Positions 36,130 through 45,409 of a stretch of DNA of 55,955 nucleotides are shown here, piece by piece; position 1 is the first letter of the stretch, and the number at the start of each line of letters is the position of its first letter. The notes below the pieces were generated by a model, which did no database searches, was not told where the DNA came from, and saw only the letters and a list, made by a program, of their open reading frames with translations. The DNA comes from a virus (lineage: Duplodnaviria; Caudoviricetes). Position numbers and translations under genes: made by a program. The stretch spans positions 1 through 55,955 of IMG/VR virus record IMGVR_UViG_3300044904_000040. One strand, given 5' to 3'.

Positions 36130-36280
36130 CGAAAAGAAGCTGCAATCCGCGGCGATGGCCATTCTCAACCATGTCCGCGGTGAACAGGGAAAGAACCTGA
36201 TTTCCGACTGGTCGGTGGTGGAAAACCCCGAGGTCTGGCTGGCGATGGCCAAGATTGCGATCGAAACCTATCTCGCGTAA
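36119..36280 (+). CDS. Small hypothetical protein (53 aa)
   Basis: MDLDEKKLQSAAMAIL..., fills the gap in the operon. Confidence 0.5.
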   Translation: MDLDEKKLQSAAMAILNHVRGEQGKNLISDWSVVENPEVWLAMAKIAIETYLA

Positions 36281-36297
36281 ATCACAAGGAAATTCCT

Positions 36298-38004
36298 ATG
36301 CAACAGCCTCGCCCCACCCGCGACACGATCAATATGTCGCAAACTGCTGACGGCACGTTCGATCAAGATGCCTATGCCGTCATGAACATGCGCGACAACG
36401 CGCTGATCGAATCAGAGATCCTGTATGGCCAGGGCAGCAGCAAGTTCGTCTATCAGTTCAGCATCGGTGGCAGCGGCACCGTCTCTGGCATCAGCGTGGT
36501 GGGCGCGCGTCATCTGGCCGCTCATTACGGCGGGATGCGTCACAAGCTGATTGGCTCCATGCAAAAGCAGGGCAGCTTGTTCACTTTCACCAGCTTTCCG
36601 CAGGCCGGCGTTCCGATGGCGGTGTCCTGTCAGGTGGTGCCGGAACTAGCCGATGAAGACGATTTCTATGGCGCGATCGTGGAAGTCACCGATACGCGAA
36701 CCGGCAATATGATTCAGGTGGAAAAGCGCGAAAACCGCTTCGAGAAAAAGAGGGATGGATCCTACTTCGAGCGTCCGCATTTCGCCATCATCGCGCAATC
36801 GAAGGCCTACCGGAACGCCGTGCTAACCTTGATCCCGCAGGACATTCAGGTCGAGTGGCGCGAGAATATGCTCAAGCTGGCCAAAACGGACGTAATCACC
36901 ACCAGCATCTTGGATGAGAAGCGGGCCGGCGTGCTGCGCTTTGCCACATCGAAGGGCTTGGCGATCAATCGTCTGGGCGTGGACAAGCTGACGATGGATC
37001 AGATCGCCGGCCTTTCGGATGCAGCGCGCGAAGGTGTGGCGTCCTTCAAGGTGGCGGCGCTGTCGTGTGGGATCCTGCGTGGCGGCTCCTTTGTCCAACT
37101 GCCGTCCGCCGGCACGGCTTCGGCCGCCACCAGCGGTCCTGCGCCAACCGTGGCCCCAACACCACTGCCAACGCCGACGCCGGCCCCTATCGATGCACCG
37201 CGGCATACGCCTTCGCCAACATCCGCGCCGACGCCGGCTCCTACTTTGGCACCAGTCGCATCAGCCCGGGCCTTTGCGGAATACATGGCCGATGAGGTCG
37301 GTGAGATGATCATGGATGGCGAAGATGCCATGGTGTTCACCGATCCGGTGGCGTTTGCCAATTGCCTGTCTAATTTGATGGTGTCGGCGGATCCGGCGGC
37401 GCGCAAGATGCTGTTCGAAAACAATCAGGAAGGCATCTGGCAGGCCATCGAGATCAGCGACGAAGCCAGATCGATCTTGGATACATGGCGGGCCGTTTCG
37501 CCGCTGCCAAAATCTGCGGCCGCGTCTGATCCTGTCGCCTTGGTGATCCCGATGAAGGGCGATCGGCAGGACTTCATCGCCTTTGGCAAGACGGTGAAGG
37601 CGGCGCTGGCGGCGATTACGTCGATGGTGGATATCGACGGGTGGATCGAAACGAATGGCCCCACGATCGCCAAAATGCCGTCGGTTGCTCGCCGGCAGAT
37701 TGAGAAAGCCATCCTTGAGCGGCAGGCCGAGATCCAGCCGCGTGATGAAGCCCATCGCAACACGCCGACGGCGGCCCCTACGCCAGCGCCGACGGACGCG
37801 CCAGTTGAAACCGTCGATCGAGATGCGGCGACGTGCCAGGGGTTCCTGGCTGAGATCGCAGCCTGCCGCACGTTCGATGACATTCTGTTCTGGTCGAAAC
37901 AGGCCATTCCCAAAGCGGTGGTGCGTCGCTGGGTCGATGAGCGGCCGGATCTTTTCAAGCTGATTGATGATGCGGTCGTGGCGCGCAAGCCCGCGGAGGG
38001 TTGA
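36298..38004 (+). CDS. Putative single-strand annealing recombinase-like protein with Pro/Thr linkers and extra domains
   Basis: GISVVGA...IAQSKAYRNA N-terminal domain; position in the recombination module; function inferred. Confidence 0.5.
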   Translation: MQQPRPTRDTINMSQTADGTFDQDAYAVMNMRDNALIESEILYGQGSSKFVYQFSIGGSGTVSGISVVGARHLAAHYGGMRHKLIGSMQKQGSLFTFTSFPQAGVPMAVSCQVVPELADEDDFYGAIVEVTDTRTGNMIQVEKRENRFEKKRDGSYFERPHFAIIAQSKAYRNAVLTLIPQDIQVEWRENMLKLAKTDVITTSILDEKRAGVLRFATSKGLAINRLGVDKLTMDQIAGLSDAAREGVASFKVAALSCGILRGGSFVQLPSAGTASAATSGPAPTVAPTPLPTPTPAPIDAPRHTPSPTSAPTPAPTLAPVASARAFAEYMADEVGEMIMDGEDAMVFTDPVAFANCLSNLMVSADPAARKMLFENNQEGIWQAIEISDEARSILDTWRAVSPLPKSAAASDPVALVIPMKGDRQDFIAFGKTVKAALAAITSMVDIDGWIETNGPTIAKMPSVARRQIEKAILERQAEIQPRDEAHRNTPTAAPTPAPTDAPVETVDRDAATCQGFLAEIAACRTFDDILFWSKQAIPKAVVRRWVDERPDLFKLIDDAVVARKPAEG

Positions 38005-38007
38005 TCT

Positions 38008-38361
38008 ATGGCTCTGCCAACCGAAGTCGCGGCGGCCCTTTACGGGGCTGGCCGCATCCTCACCGCCAGCATCAAGCTGGGGTTGATCGACAAAATGACG
38101 GCGCGGCAAGTTGCCGTGCTGCTGGCGATCCCGCGGGTCCGAAAGGACTCGCTGGGCGCTACGCTGGTCGAAGACCTGGGTATCCCGCTGGGCTCTGTCT
38201 CACGGATCATTGATTCGCTGGTCGATCTTCGTCTGTTGGAAAAGTCCACCAATCCCGAAGATGCCCGGCGCATGGTTGTCGATTTCACGCCGGCCGGGGT
38301 GGACATGATGACAAAGATGGCCGCCACGAATTACCGTTTTCGAAAGGGAGACGTCGCATGA
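38008..38361 (+). CDS. MarR-family winged-helix regulator
   Basis: GSVSRIIDSLVDLRLL...NPEDARR..V.FTPAG. Confidence 0.85.
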   Translation: MALPTEVAAALYGAGRILTASIKLGLIDKMTARQVAVLLAIPRVRKDSLGATLVEDLGIPLGSVSRIIDSLVDLRLLEKSTNPEDARRMVVDFTPAGVDMMTKMAATNYRFRKGDVA

Positions 38362-38942
38362 CCGGCGCCCGCGGCAAGTGGAAGGAACGCAAGCCGCCCT
38401 TCGTGTGGGATGCTGCTGCCGATGAAAAGCTGAAGGCTCTGTGGCCGGACCCGAAAAACACGGTCAACAAGATCGGCGCGGTGTTCGGTGTCAGCAAGGC
38501 GGCTGTCTGCGGACGCGCTCGGCGGCTGCGGCTTGAACCGAAAGGGAGTGACAAGTTAAACCGGCTCTCCATGGCACAATGCGCCGATATCCTGGCGGCG
38601 AAACAGGGGAAAGATCCGCTGCCATTGACGCCGGCGCAAAGCCAGGAATTTGTCGATGTCGTGTTCAGCACCGCAGAGCCATGCCCAGCATTGCAAGAGG
38701 CGGCAGATCGATATGTCGAGCAATCGGCTGCGTCGCGCGTGTCGCTGATGGAGGCGATCAGCAAGGTTCTGCTGCGGCCGGTCAAGGCCTGCCAGTTCCC
38801 AATCAACAGGTCCAGGCCTTACCTGTTCTGCGAAGCGATGGCGCGAGACGGGTTTCCATACTGTCAGCACCATTGCGAGATTGCCTACATGTCTTTCGTG
38901 GCCAGGAATGGTGATGGCAAACAGGAGAGGGTTTCGGCATGA
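38358..38942 (+). CDS. gcrA: GcrA-family cell-cycle regulator homolog
   Basis: W...EKLKALW...IG..FGVSKAAVCGRARRLRL N-terminus; CQFP...FC...PYCQHH...AY C-terminus. Confidence 0.85.
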   Translation: MTGARGKWKERKPPFVWDAAADEKLKALWPDPKNTVNKIGAVFGVSKAAVCGRARRLRLEPKGSDKLNRLSMAQCADILAAKQGKDPLPLTPAQSQEFVDVVFSTAEPCPALQEAADRYVEQSAASRVSLMEAISKVLLRPVKACQFPINRSRPYLFCEAMARDGFPYCQHHCEIAYMSFVARNGDGKQERVSA

Positions 38943-39102
38943 CGAATCTCGAAACTGCATATTTCATCATGGGCTTTGGCGGCGGTGGCTTCCTGGCGAC
39001 AGCGCTGCTGCGTTGGAAGTGGCGCGTGCTGAAGGAATGGCAGGATACCCTGGAAAACCGCGAGAAATGCTTGACGAAAAAAATAACCGAAGGGGGCTGG
39101 CT

Positions 39103-39480
39103 GTGAGCGAAATCACCACTTTGCTGAACAATATGCGCAATCTGCTGGAACCTTCGATAAAGGTCGATGCGGAAATCTGGCGAATTTTCGAAGCCGAACT
39201 GCGGGATGAGGTCGGCGGGATTCCTGAGAATATCCCGGTGCCGGCCTTCACGCGCTCCGTCGATTATGCGCTGCTGTTGATGCCAGATGAATGCTGGTGG
39301 ACCGTCAATAGCCAATGCAGCGGTGCGCTGGGGGTAAAATCAGCGCGCGATACGGAGCCGCTGTTTTTTATTAACGGCGCAGGGAATGTAGCGATTGCCC
39401 TGGCTATCATGGGGATCGAGATCCGTCGCCAAGCTCGGGGGCTGTTGGAACGCATAGGTTCCGACACGGTGAAACACTGA
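39103..39480 (+). CDS. Hypothetical protein
   Basis: DAEI...PAFTRSVDYAL.L.P motif; GTG start coupled to a small upstream ORF. Confidence 0.6.
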   Translation: MSEITTLLNNMRNLLEPSIKVDAEIWRIFEAELRDEVGGIPENIPVPAFTRSVDYALLLMPDECWWTVNSQCSGALGVKSARDTEPLFFINGAGNVAIALAIMGIEIRRQARGLLERIGSDTVKH

Positions 39481-39625
39481 TGCCGTCCATTCGCCGCCGG
39501 CGGGGGTGGACTCGCTTCTGGTTGAAGATCCGGCCGGTGGCGACAGTGGTGTCAGTTCCGTTGGCGATCGGTCTGGCGCTGTTCGGATATTGGCTGGTTC
39601 TCAAATCGATCGGGGATCTCACAAG

Positions 39626-39835
39626 ATGAAAATCGAAGCCGGTCAGCTTTGGTTGCCGATGCGTCCGAAGGAACTGAAGCTGGCCCGGTTCGTCTGCGAG
39701 GTTCGCATAAGCTGGGTCGGCTATCGCTTCGGGAAGCCTCTCACGGTGGAGGAATCGGACAACCTGTTGTGGGTCCGCGATACGGTGTTCCTGTCCTGGC
39801 TGTCGGACTGCGGCGCCGTGAGACTGCCAACATGA
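39626..39835 (+). CDS. Hypothetical protein
   Basis: Coupled small ORF. Confidence 0.45.
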   Translation: MKIEAGQLWLPMRPKELKLARFVCEVRISWVGYRFGKPLTVEESDNLLWVRDTVFLSWLSDCGAVRLPT

Positions 39836-40074
39836 GCGTGGAATACACTCGGGACGTGATGAGCTCGGCATTGACCGTGGCCATCGCTGAACTGCCCGAA
39901 GATTTTGCCGTTGTCCTGCTGGTTTTCCGACGGGACGGTGAAAAAGATCAAGTGAACTACATCGCCAACTGCGAGCGGCTGACCGTTCGTGACGCCATGA
40001 AAACGGTGTTGGATCGCTGGGCGCGGCGCGATGAAACAATCAAGGGGATATTGGATAATGGTCATGGAAAGTAA
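39832..40074 (+). CDS. Conserved small phage protein
   Basis: FAVVLLVF...NYIANCER motif. Confidence 0.6.
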   Translation: MSVEYTRDVMSSALTVAIAELPEDFAVVLLVFRRDGEKDQVNYIANCERLTVRDAMKTVLDRWARRDETIKGILDNGHGK

Positions 40075-40381
40075 GCCCGCGCCGGAACTTGTCGTCATCG
40101 TCGATGCGGTCAACGCGGTCAACGCGGTGGTGGAAACCAGCCTTGCATATCGGCGGAAGCTGAAAATGGATCAGGCAGTCGATAGCAGGGCTGAAGGGGA
40201 GGCTTGGCGGAAGGCGACGGACGCCTTGGCGGATCTCCGCAAGCCGAAAGATCCGCTGGCCGTGGCCCGGGTGGCTTTGGAGAAGCTGGCGTGCCTGGGA
40301 AATGAGCCTTACGTCGGGAACAGAGCCAGCATCATGATCGCTCGCCGGGCGCTTGATGAAATGGACGGAATCGGGAAATGA
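40064..40381 (+). CDS. Hypothetical protein
   Basis: Last ORF before the convergent terminator. Confidence 0.55.
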   Translation: MESKPAPELVVIVDAVNAVNAVVETSLAYRRKLKMDQAVDSRAEGEAWRKATDALADLRKPKDPLAVARVALEKLACLGNEPYVGNRASIMIARRALDEMDGIGK

Positions 40382-40415
40382 AAAGGGCGCCCTGTGATGG
40401 GGCGCCCTTTCTTTT
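40381..40415. terminator. Bidirectional rho-independent terminator
   Basis: AAAAGGGCGCCC-tgtgatg-GGGCGCCCTTTCTTTT between convergent operons. Confidence 0.85.
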
Positions 40416-40417
40416 GT

Positions 40418-40960
40418 CTACAGGATGAAGCGCACCAGCAACGCGCCGGCGGCACCGCCGAACAGCAAGGCGGCGATCCCGATCACCCACTTCGGCAAGA
40501 CGATGCCGGTCAACGACTTCACTTCAGCATCGGCCGAAGTTTCCAGCTTGCCAATCTCGGCGCCGATCGCGCTCACCACGATGCGGGCTTCGCTGGGCGG
40601 CGCGGCCGCGGCCATGGCGGACGTCACCGCCTGCGTGTGGATGGCGACGGCGCTTTCCAGTGCGCCTTCAATCGTAGCCAGGATGGACGACGCCCGGGCC
40701 GCTGGGGCGGCGTGGACGTGTGCCGTCACCAGTCGCGCCAGGGCGGTCATGGCGGTGGCTGGCATGGGCAGGGGATCGACTGCAGCGGTCACTGCTGGGG
40801 CGGCAGCGGCTTGGCTGGCGGGCTGCGCGGCATTGGCCGCGGCGTTGGCCGGCGCCTGCGCGGGGGTGGCCTGGGCGGCGGCTGCAGCTACCAGGGCAGC
40901 GTCAACGGAGGTCGGCGGGAAGGCGGATGCGGACGGCAACAGGGATACAGTTTCGGACAT
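40418..40960 (-). CDS. Ala-rich protein with C-terminal transmembrane helix
   Basis: AAGGAG RBS; last gene of the lysis cluster. Confidence 0.6.
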   Translation of the reverse strand: MSETVSLLPSASAFPPTSVDAALVAAAAAQATPAQAPANAAANAAQPASQAAAAPAVTAAVDPLPMPATAMTALARLVTAHVHAAPAARASSILATIEGALESAVAIHTQAVTSAMAAAAPPSEARIVVSAIGAEIGKLETSADAEVKSLTGIVLPKWVIGIAALLFGGAAGALLVRFIL

Positions 40961-40961
40961 G

Positions 40962-41444
40962 TCAGGCTCCTTGGTTTGTGGTGGGGTCGCCGCCGGACAG
41001 CATGAGGTCGCGCTCGGCGGCGCGGCGGCGGGTCAGGCCGGCAAGCATCTGTCCGCCGGCGTGGTTCCATAGCATCAGATCGTCGGCGGCGCCGTGGAAG
41101 TTGCCGGCGTTGAGGTAGCGCAGGATCCGCGAGCCCGCGAAATTGCCGGATCCGAGGTTGTAGACGAAATCTGCCAGGGCGGCTTCTTCCTCCGTCGTCA
41201 TCGGAACCTTCACGTCGGCCTCCACGGTCTGCAGGGCTGACCGCATCTCGTTCTCGGCCCATGTCTTCGCCGTCGCCTCGTCGATCGGCGGGCTGTCCGC
41301 GGTGATCCGGTTGCCGTCCGCATCACGGATCGAGCCATAGCCGATCGTCCAGATGCCAACGGGGTCTTGGTAGGGCGGGGATGAAAACCCCTCGAAGGGT
41401 ATGGCCAGATCGGCGGCCTTTTCCAGTGCGTCCTCGTTCATCAC
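40962..41444 (-). CDS. Endolysin, GH24 phage lysozyme
   Basis: FEG...Y.D.VGIWTIGYG, FVYNLG, GLTRRRAAE motifs. Confidence 0.95.
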   Translation of the reverse strand: MMNEDALEKAADLAIPFEGFSSPPYQDPVGIWTIGYGSIRDADGNRITADSPPIDEATAKTWAENEMRSALQTVEADVKVPMTTEEEAALADFVYNLGSGNFAGSRILRYLNAGNFHGAADDLMLWNHAGGQMLAGLTRRRAAERDLMLSGGDPTTNQGA

Positions 41445-41719
41445 TCAAATTCCCTTGCAGGAGTATCTGTCTGCACTTCGACGGGCGAAAAATCGGCGTA
41501 GTATTCGGCGCCGAGTTTGAAGTGTCGCGCGTGTTCTTCCTTCACCAGCGACAGTTCAATGCCGCCCGATGGGGTAGACGCATGGAAGTCCGGGTCGTAG
41601 GAAACGGACATTTTGATCGTCCGCATCTCGGCTGCGCTGCTCTTTCTGGTTTCGGGGTCGTAGGTGTGGCCGAGAGAGCGCGTGATGCTATCGACGCGAA
41701 ATTTGCAACGGATGTTCAT
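41441..41719 (-). CDS. Conserved phage hypothetical protein
   Basis: IRCKFRV...F..STPSG.IEL...F.LG.EYY.DF motif. Confidence 0.7.
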   Translation of the reverse strand: MNIRCKFRVDSITRSLGHTYDPETRKSSAAEMRTIKMSVSYDPDFHASTPSGGIELSLVKEEHARHFKLGAEYYADFSPVEVQTDTPAREFE

Positions 41720-41735
41720 GATTCTTTTCCTGGCT

Positions 41736-42266
41736 TCATTGTTTCGTGCTGACGGCACGCGCGTAATCCTGGCAGGCACCAAGCTGTGCCTTATACCGAT
41801 CGGCCCTGGCCGCTATGGCGACAAGAGCTTCTGCAGTTCCTCTGTCGATGATGGCCCGGCCGGCGGTGGATCCATGACCCACGCCGCCGGTGGAGGCGGC
41901 AGGGGGCACGCGACTGCCACCGCTTGCATTGGTGGCGACTGAGATTGACAACTGGCGAGTGCCAGCAACAACAGAGGCACGCAGATCGTCATTGGCCACC
42001 TGGGCATCGGTCAACTCCTTGAAATGTTCGGCATCGGATTGTGCAAGCTGGGCCTGCAGCTTTTGCTCCGTCGCAATGTGTTCGGCCTCGGCCACTGCGG
42101 CGGCATCAGACACGGCCTTCAGGTCGCGCTGGTGGGCGGCAATCTCGGTCTGCAGCGCCACTTCCTGCCAGTGATAGGTGGTGTATCCGCCCGTCCCGGC
42201 GCCGATCAGGAAGGCGCCAAGCGCGATCCAAAGGGTTGACATGCCGCCTGAAAGAAATGAAAGCAT
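41736..42266 (-). CDS. Inner-membrane spanin (Rz-like)
   Basis: N-terminal TM, coiled coil, LRASVVAGTRQL, C-terminal L.ACQ.Y. Confidence 0.85.
   Translation of the reverse strand: MLSFLSGGMSTLWIALGAFLIGAGTGGYTTYHWQEVALQTEIAAHQRDLKAVSDAAAVAEAEHIATEQKLQAQLAQSDAEHFKELTDAQVANDDLRASVVAGTRQLSISVATNASGGSRVPPAASTGGVGHGSTAGRAIIDRGTAEALVAIAARADRYKAQLGACQDYARAVSTKQ
41813..42007 (-). CDS. Outer-membrane spanin lipoprotein (Rz1-like), embedded in Rz
   Basis: LLLLALASC lipobox, Pro-rich CPLPPPPAAW; alternate frame inside Rz. Confidence 0.85.
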   Translation of the reverse strand: MPRWPMTICVPLLLLALASCQSQSPPMQAVAVACPLPPPPAAWVMDPPPAGPSSTEELQKLLSP

Positions 42267-42592
42267 CAGCTTGGTCCCCTATCTGCATCCTGTCGCGGAG
42301 GCACGTCGGCATAGGGTCTGGCGTCCGGTTCAGTCCGGCCCTTCAGGCCCAAGGCCGCGCCGGCTCCGGTAATCAGCAACGCCGCGCCCTGGCAAAATGC
42401 CAATCCGTCAAATGGTCGGCCTTTGCATAGCACAGAATAGATGCTGAGGAACATGAACACCGCGCCGGACAGCGCGAAGAATATCCTTACAATATCGAGT
42501 GTAATGTTGTCCTTTCCAGTGATGGCGCCAATCAACTTGGTCTTTCCATCCGGGGATACCCTGGCCGGACAATCAATGCAGGGTTCAGCCAT
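42266..42592 (-). CDS. Putative holin (2 TM)
   Basis: Two hydrophobic helices; lysis cluster. Confidence 0.6.
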   Translation of the reverse strand: MAEPCIDCPARVSPDGKTKLIGAITGKDNITLDIVRIFFALSGAVFMFLSIYSVLCKGRPFDGLAFCQGAALLITGAGAALGLKGRTEPDARPYADVPPRQDADRGPS

Positions 42593-42926
42593 GCCTCAAT
42601 GCCAACACTGCGATAACGCAACTGGCTATTCCGCACAAAATTGCACAGATCGATACCCATCGAGACAATATATCCTTGTCTTCGTTTCTGCTGGCGTGAG
42701 ATGCAGCGTTCTGAGAAGCCGTCGAAATTTCAAGATTGTGAACGGCAACAAGAACAACCTTCAGGTCTGTCCTGATATCATCTAGCCACTTTCGTGTTTC
42801 TCTTACCTCGGCTTCCATTTTGTGAACGCCTGATAAAGCAATTTTTAGGTCGCTCCTAAATTCTTCATGGACATGTCTTATCTCTTTAATCTCAGCTTCG
42901 AGAAGCGATACGCGTGTCTCCATCAT
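42585..42926 (-). CDS. Coiled-coil protein with C-terminal TM (holin/antiholin-like)
   Basis: Heptad repeats then hydrophobic tail; lower GC. Confidence 0.55.
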   Translation of the reverse strand: MMETRVSLLEAEIKEIRHVHEEFRSDLKIALSGVHKMEAEVRETRKWLDDIRTDLKVVLVAVHNLEISTASQNAASHASRNEDKDILSRWVSICAILCGIASCVIAVLALRHG

Positions 42927-42932
42927 CCCATC

Positions 42933-44063
42933 CTAGCCTGGAACCCACGTTATCGTAGGTGCGGTGCCAGTATAGGTTATAGTTACGGTATCAGTCTGCA
43001 AAAGCCTTACGCCACCAGACACGATCCCGGTGTTGATGGTGGTGCTGGCTCGGGTGAAGTCGATTTGCGACACGGTGCCGCCGGTCACATAGAGCGTGCC
43101 CTGGGCGCCGGCGACGTAGGCGAACGGGGAGCCGGTGGGGGTGACGGCCACCATGGCTGAGCCCGGGCCGGACGGGCCGTTGATGGTCATGTTGGGGCCG
43201 GTCCAGATGATCCAGTTATCAAACTCGGTCGGCTGGATGTTCTGCTGGTTGCCGGTCAAGTTGCTGGTAACGGTGATCCCGGTTTCAGCCGGCTCTGTGT
43301 TCAGTGTGCCGCCGGTGCCGCCGTTTGGGACGTGGAAAGAGTTGTAGCCGCCAAAGCCGAAATCAAATCCGGTTACAATGCCGTGCATGTGGCCAGCATC
43401 AGCAACGGTGAGGGTGTCAGTTTGCGCAAGTTCACTGCCGCCGGATACGCCCAACGTGGCGGCTATGCCGATGCTGGCAGTGGTGACGCGATTGGCGGCC
43501 GTGCCGCCCATGTTGTCCGCGCCCGCGGATACCCGGCCGCGCTTATCGGGGAGGTTGAATGTGGTGCTGCCGTCGCCGGCGCCGTAGGCCGTCTGGATGA
43601 CGGCGAATAGCGTGGCATAGGTGCTGCGGGAGACAGGCGCACCAGTGCAGAGCAACCAGCCTGGGGGAATGGCAGATGCCGGTCCTGAATAGGCCTTCTG
43701 CTCGCCGGTCAGCACCGCAACGCCGCTGGCCAAGCCTTGTCCGCCTGTGGTAGCGGAAATATCGCCAATGCCGGTGATGCCGTTTTCCGTCCAATATGGA
43801 TTGGTCGGCGGGTCGCTATCGGTCGGCGGCGACAGGACGAATGTGTAAGCATTGCCCTGGATCAGCCAGATATCGCACTGGCCGTTCGAGTCGAGAATGA
43901 TCGGGTTCGTGTTCGGTGTGCTGCCGGTGTATTCGGTATAAGTCTTCAGCTTGGTCGTGGTGCCGGACAGATAGGTGAACAGCTTGCCGCCGGAAAGCGG
44001 GGCGCCGTTCTGATTGAACTGGAACTTGGGAAGCGGAGCCTGGAATACGGGGGTTGCCATCAC
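42933..44063 (-). CDS. Tail fibre protein with head-binding-like N-terminus and tail collar domain
   Basis: NGAPLSGGKLFTY...NTNPIILDSNG; PPGWLLCTG..VSR.TY..LF...YGAGDGSTTFNLPD.RGR collar motif. Confidence 0.88.
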   Translation of the reverse strand: MMATPVFQAPLPKFQFNQNGAPLSGGKLFTYLSGTTTKLKTYTEYTGSTPNTNPIILDSNGQCDIWLIQGNAYTFVLSPPTDSDPPTNPYWTENGITGIGDISATTGGQGLASGVAVLTGEQKAYSGPASAIPPGWLLCTGAPVSRSTYATLFAVIQTAYGAGDGSTTFNLPDKRGRVSAGADNMGGTAANRVTTASIGIAATLGVSGGSELAQTDTLTVADAGHMHGIVTGFDFGFGGYNSFHVPNGGTGGTLNTEPAETGITVTSNLTGNQQNIQPTEFDNWIIWTGPNMTINGPSGPGSAMVAVTPTGSPFAYVAGAQGTLYVTGGTVSQIDFTRASTTINTGIVSGGVRLLQTDTVTITYTGTAPTITWVPG

Positions 44064-45409
44064 TCACCTTCCATTTCGAGCGCGTAGCCAAAGCTGTGCA
44101 ATTCTGGCAAACTTTTGATCACTTTGTCACCAATATCGGTTCGATACATTTTATTGGGGAAGTGGATCTTCTTTATCGCTCCATACACTTTTTTCTGCGC
44201 CTGGGCGACGGTTTTACCAAGGCCGCTTGTTACCAGAACGTATTCGCCAGTGGTCTGGTGGCCGAGTCCTTCAACAACCTTTCCGTCTTTCATCATCGGG
44301 CCTTTCCCCATCATGACGCAGGCCGGGTGGACCTGACGCCAAACCGAGTCCAGCCCGGTGATCGGGTTGCCTTCGACCATCTCGGGGGTGCTGGCGTTGT
44401 AGGGGTAGCGCGGCTGGGCCATCACCACGCCGATCGCCACGTCATTCGACACGCGAAGGCTGTCTTTGCCGTCCAACAGATCCCGCATCCATTGCGCAGG
44501 ATCTCCGCGGTGCGATGCCACCTGAATATAGAACGCCGGCCAGCCGCAACGCACGGTGAACTCGAACGGCCACGCCTTGCCCTTGTTGTCGATGCCAACG
44601 CCGACGGCAAAGTCGCCGCGGTGGCCGAGCGCAGCCAGGGCCGGCGCCATCGGCTTCAGGCACTCGTCCGCGAGCTTGTCAGCTTCGACATACTGACAGA
44701 CCGAGCCCTGCTCGCCGCAGTTCGGCCCGATGTCGCCGTTCATCAGGGGTTTGTGTTCGAAGCAAATCTGCCAGCGTTCGGGGAGAAAGCCGTCGGGTCC
44801 GAACCAGCCGGACACGCCGAATTCACAGGCCATGTCGATCTTCTCCTGTAGCATACATTGCCCCTTGAGGGTCGCGCCGCAGGCGATCTGGCGTTGGATC
44901 CAGCCAACCATGTCAGCCGGGTCTTTGCCCACATAGGTCAGGGATTTGTCGTCGGTGTCGCCCATCGGTTTGAACACCCATGCGCGATCTGACTTCCGGG
45001 CGAAGGCCTCGGCATCCTTCATCGAATTGAACATTTGATAGGGCGGCAACTCCATGCCAGCCGCCTTCATCGAGTCCATGCCAGCCGATCGGTTGATCTC
45101 AAGGTTGGCGCTGGCCACCGTCGGGGCAAAAATCTTGTATCCAAAATCTGACCTGTAGCGGTCGAAATCGTGGAGGAACTTGAAGTTGCCGCTAGTCCAG
45201 ATCAGGCCGTCTTTGGCCCAAGCCATGTGCGGCTTCCAATCATCCACGATCGTGATGCCCTTGAACCCCTCGCCGTCGCGTAGGGACTTTCCCGGCTTCG
45301 TCCATCGGAACCAGCGAACTTCGTGGCCGGCGGCGGCGCACCGCAGCGCGAAGTCCAGGCCAAGCGCCTCGGTATCGACCAGCAAGATTCTCACTTCGGT
45401 TCCTCCCAA
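44060..45409 (-). CDS. Divergent PurD (GAR synthetase)-fold ATP-grasp ligase; probable start GTG 45394
   Basis: VFKP, LQEKI, EHK.L..GD.GPN.GE.G, EFTVRCGWP, VVMAQPRYP, YRTDIG align with PurD motifs. Confidence 0.8.
   Translation of the reverse strand: MGGTEVRILLVDTEALGLDFALRCAAAGHEVRWFRWTKPGKSLRDGEGFKGITIVDDWKPHMAWAKDGLIWTSGNFKFLHDFDRYRSDFGYKIFAPTVASANLEINRSAGMDSMKAAGMELPPYQMFNSMKDAEAFARKSDRAWVFKPMGDTDDKSLTYVGKDPADMVGWIQRQIACGATLKGQCMLQEKIDMACEFGVSGWFGPDGFLPERWQICFEHKPLMNGDIGPNCGEQGSVCQYVEADKLADECLKPMAPALAALGHRGDFAVGVGIDNKGKAWPFEFTVRCGWPAFYIQVASHRGDPAQWMRDLLDGKDSLRVSNDVAIGVVMAQPRYPYNASTPEMVEGNPITGLDSVWRQVHPACVMMGKGPMMKDGKVVEGLGHQTTGEYVLVTSGLGKTVAQAQKKVYGAIKKIHFPNKMYRTDIGDKVIKSLPELHSFGYALEMEGE

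Noticed and set aside
44060-45409. Calling this gene purD (purine auxiliary metabolic gene)
   Set aside because: Substrate-binding N-terminal loop absent, EFN changed to EFT, and context is structural; gene symbol withheld
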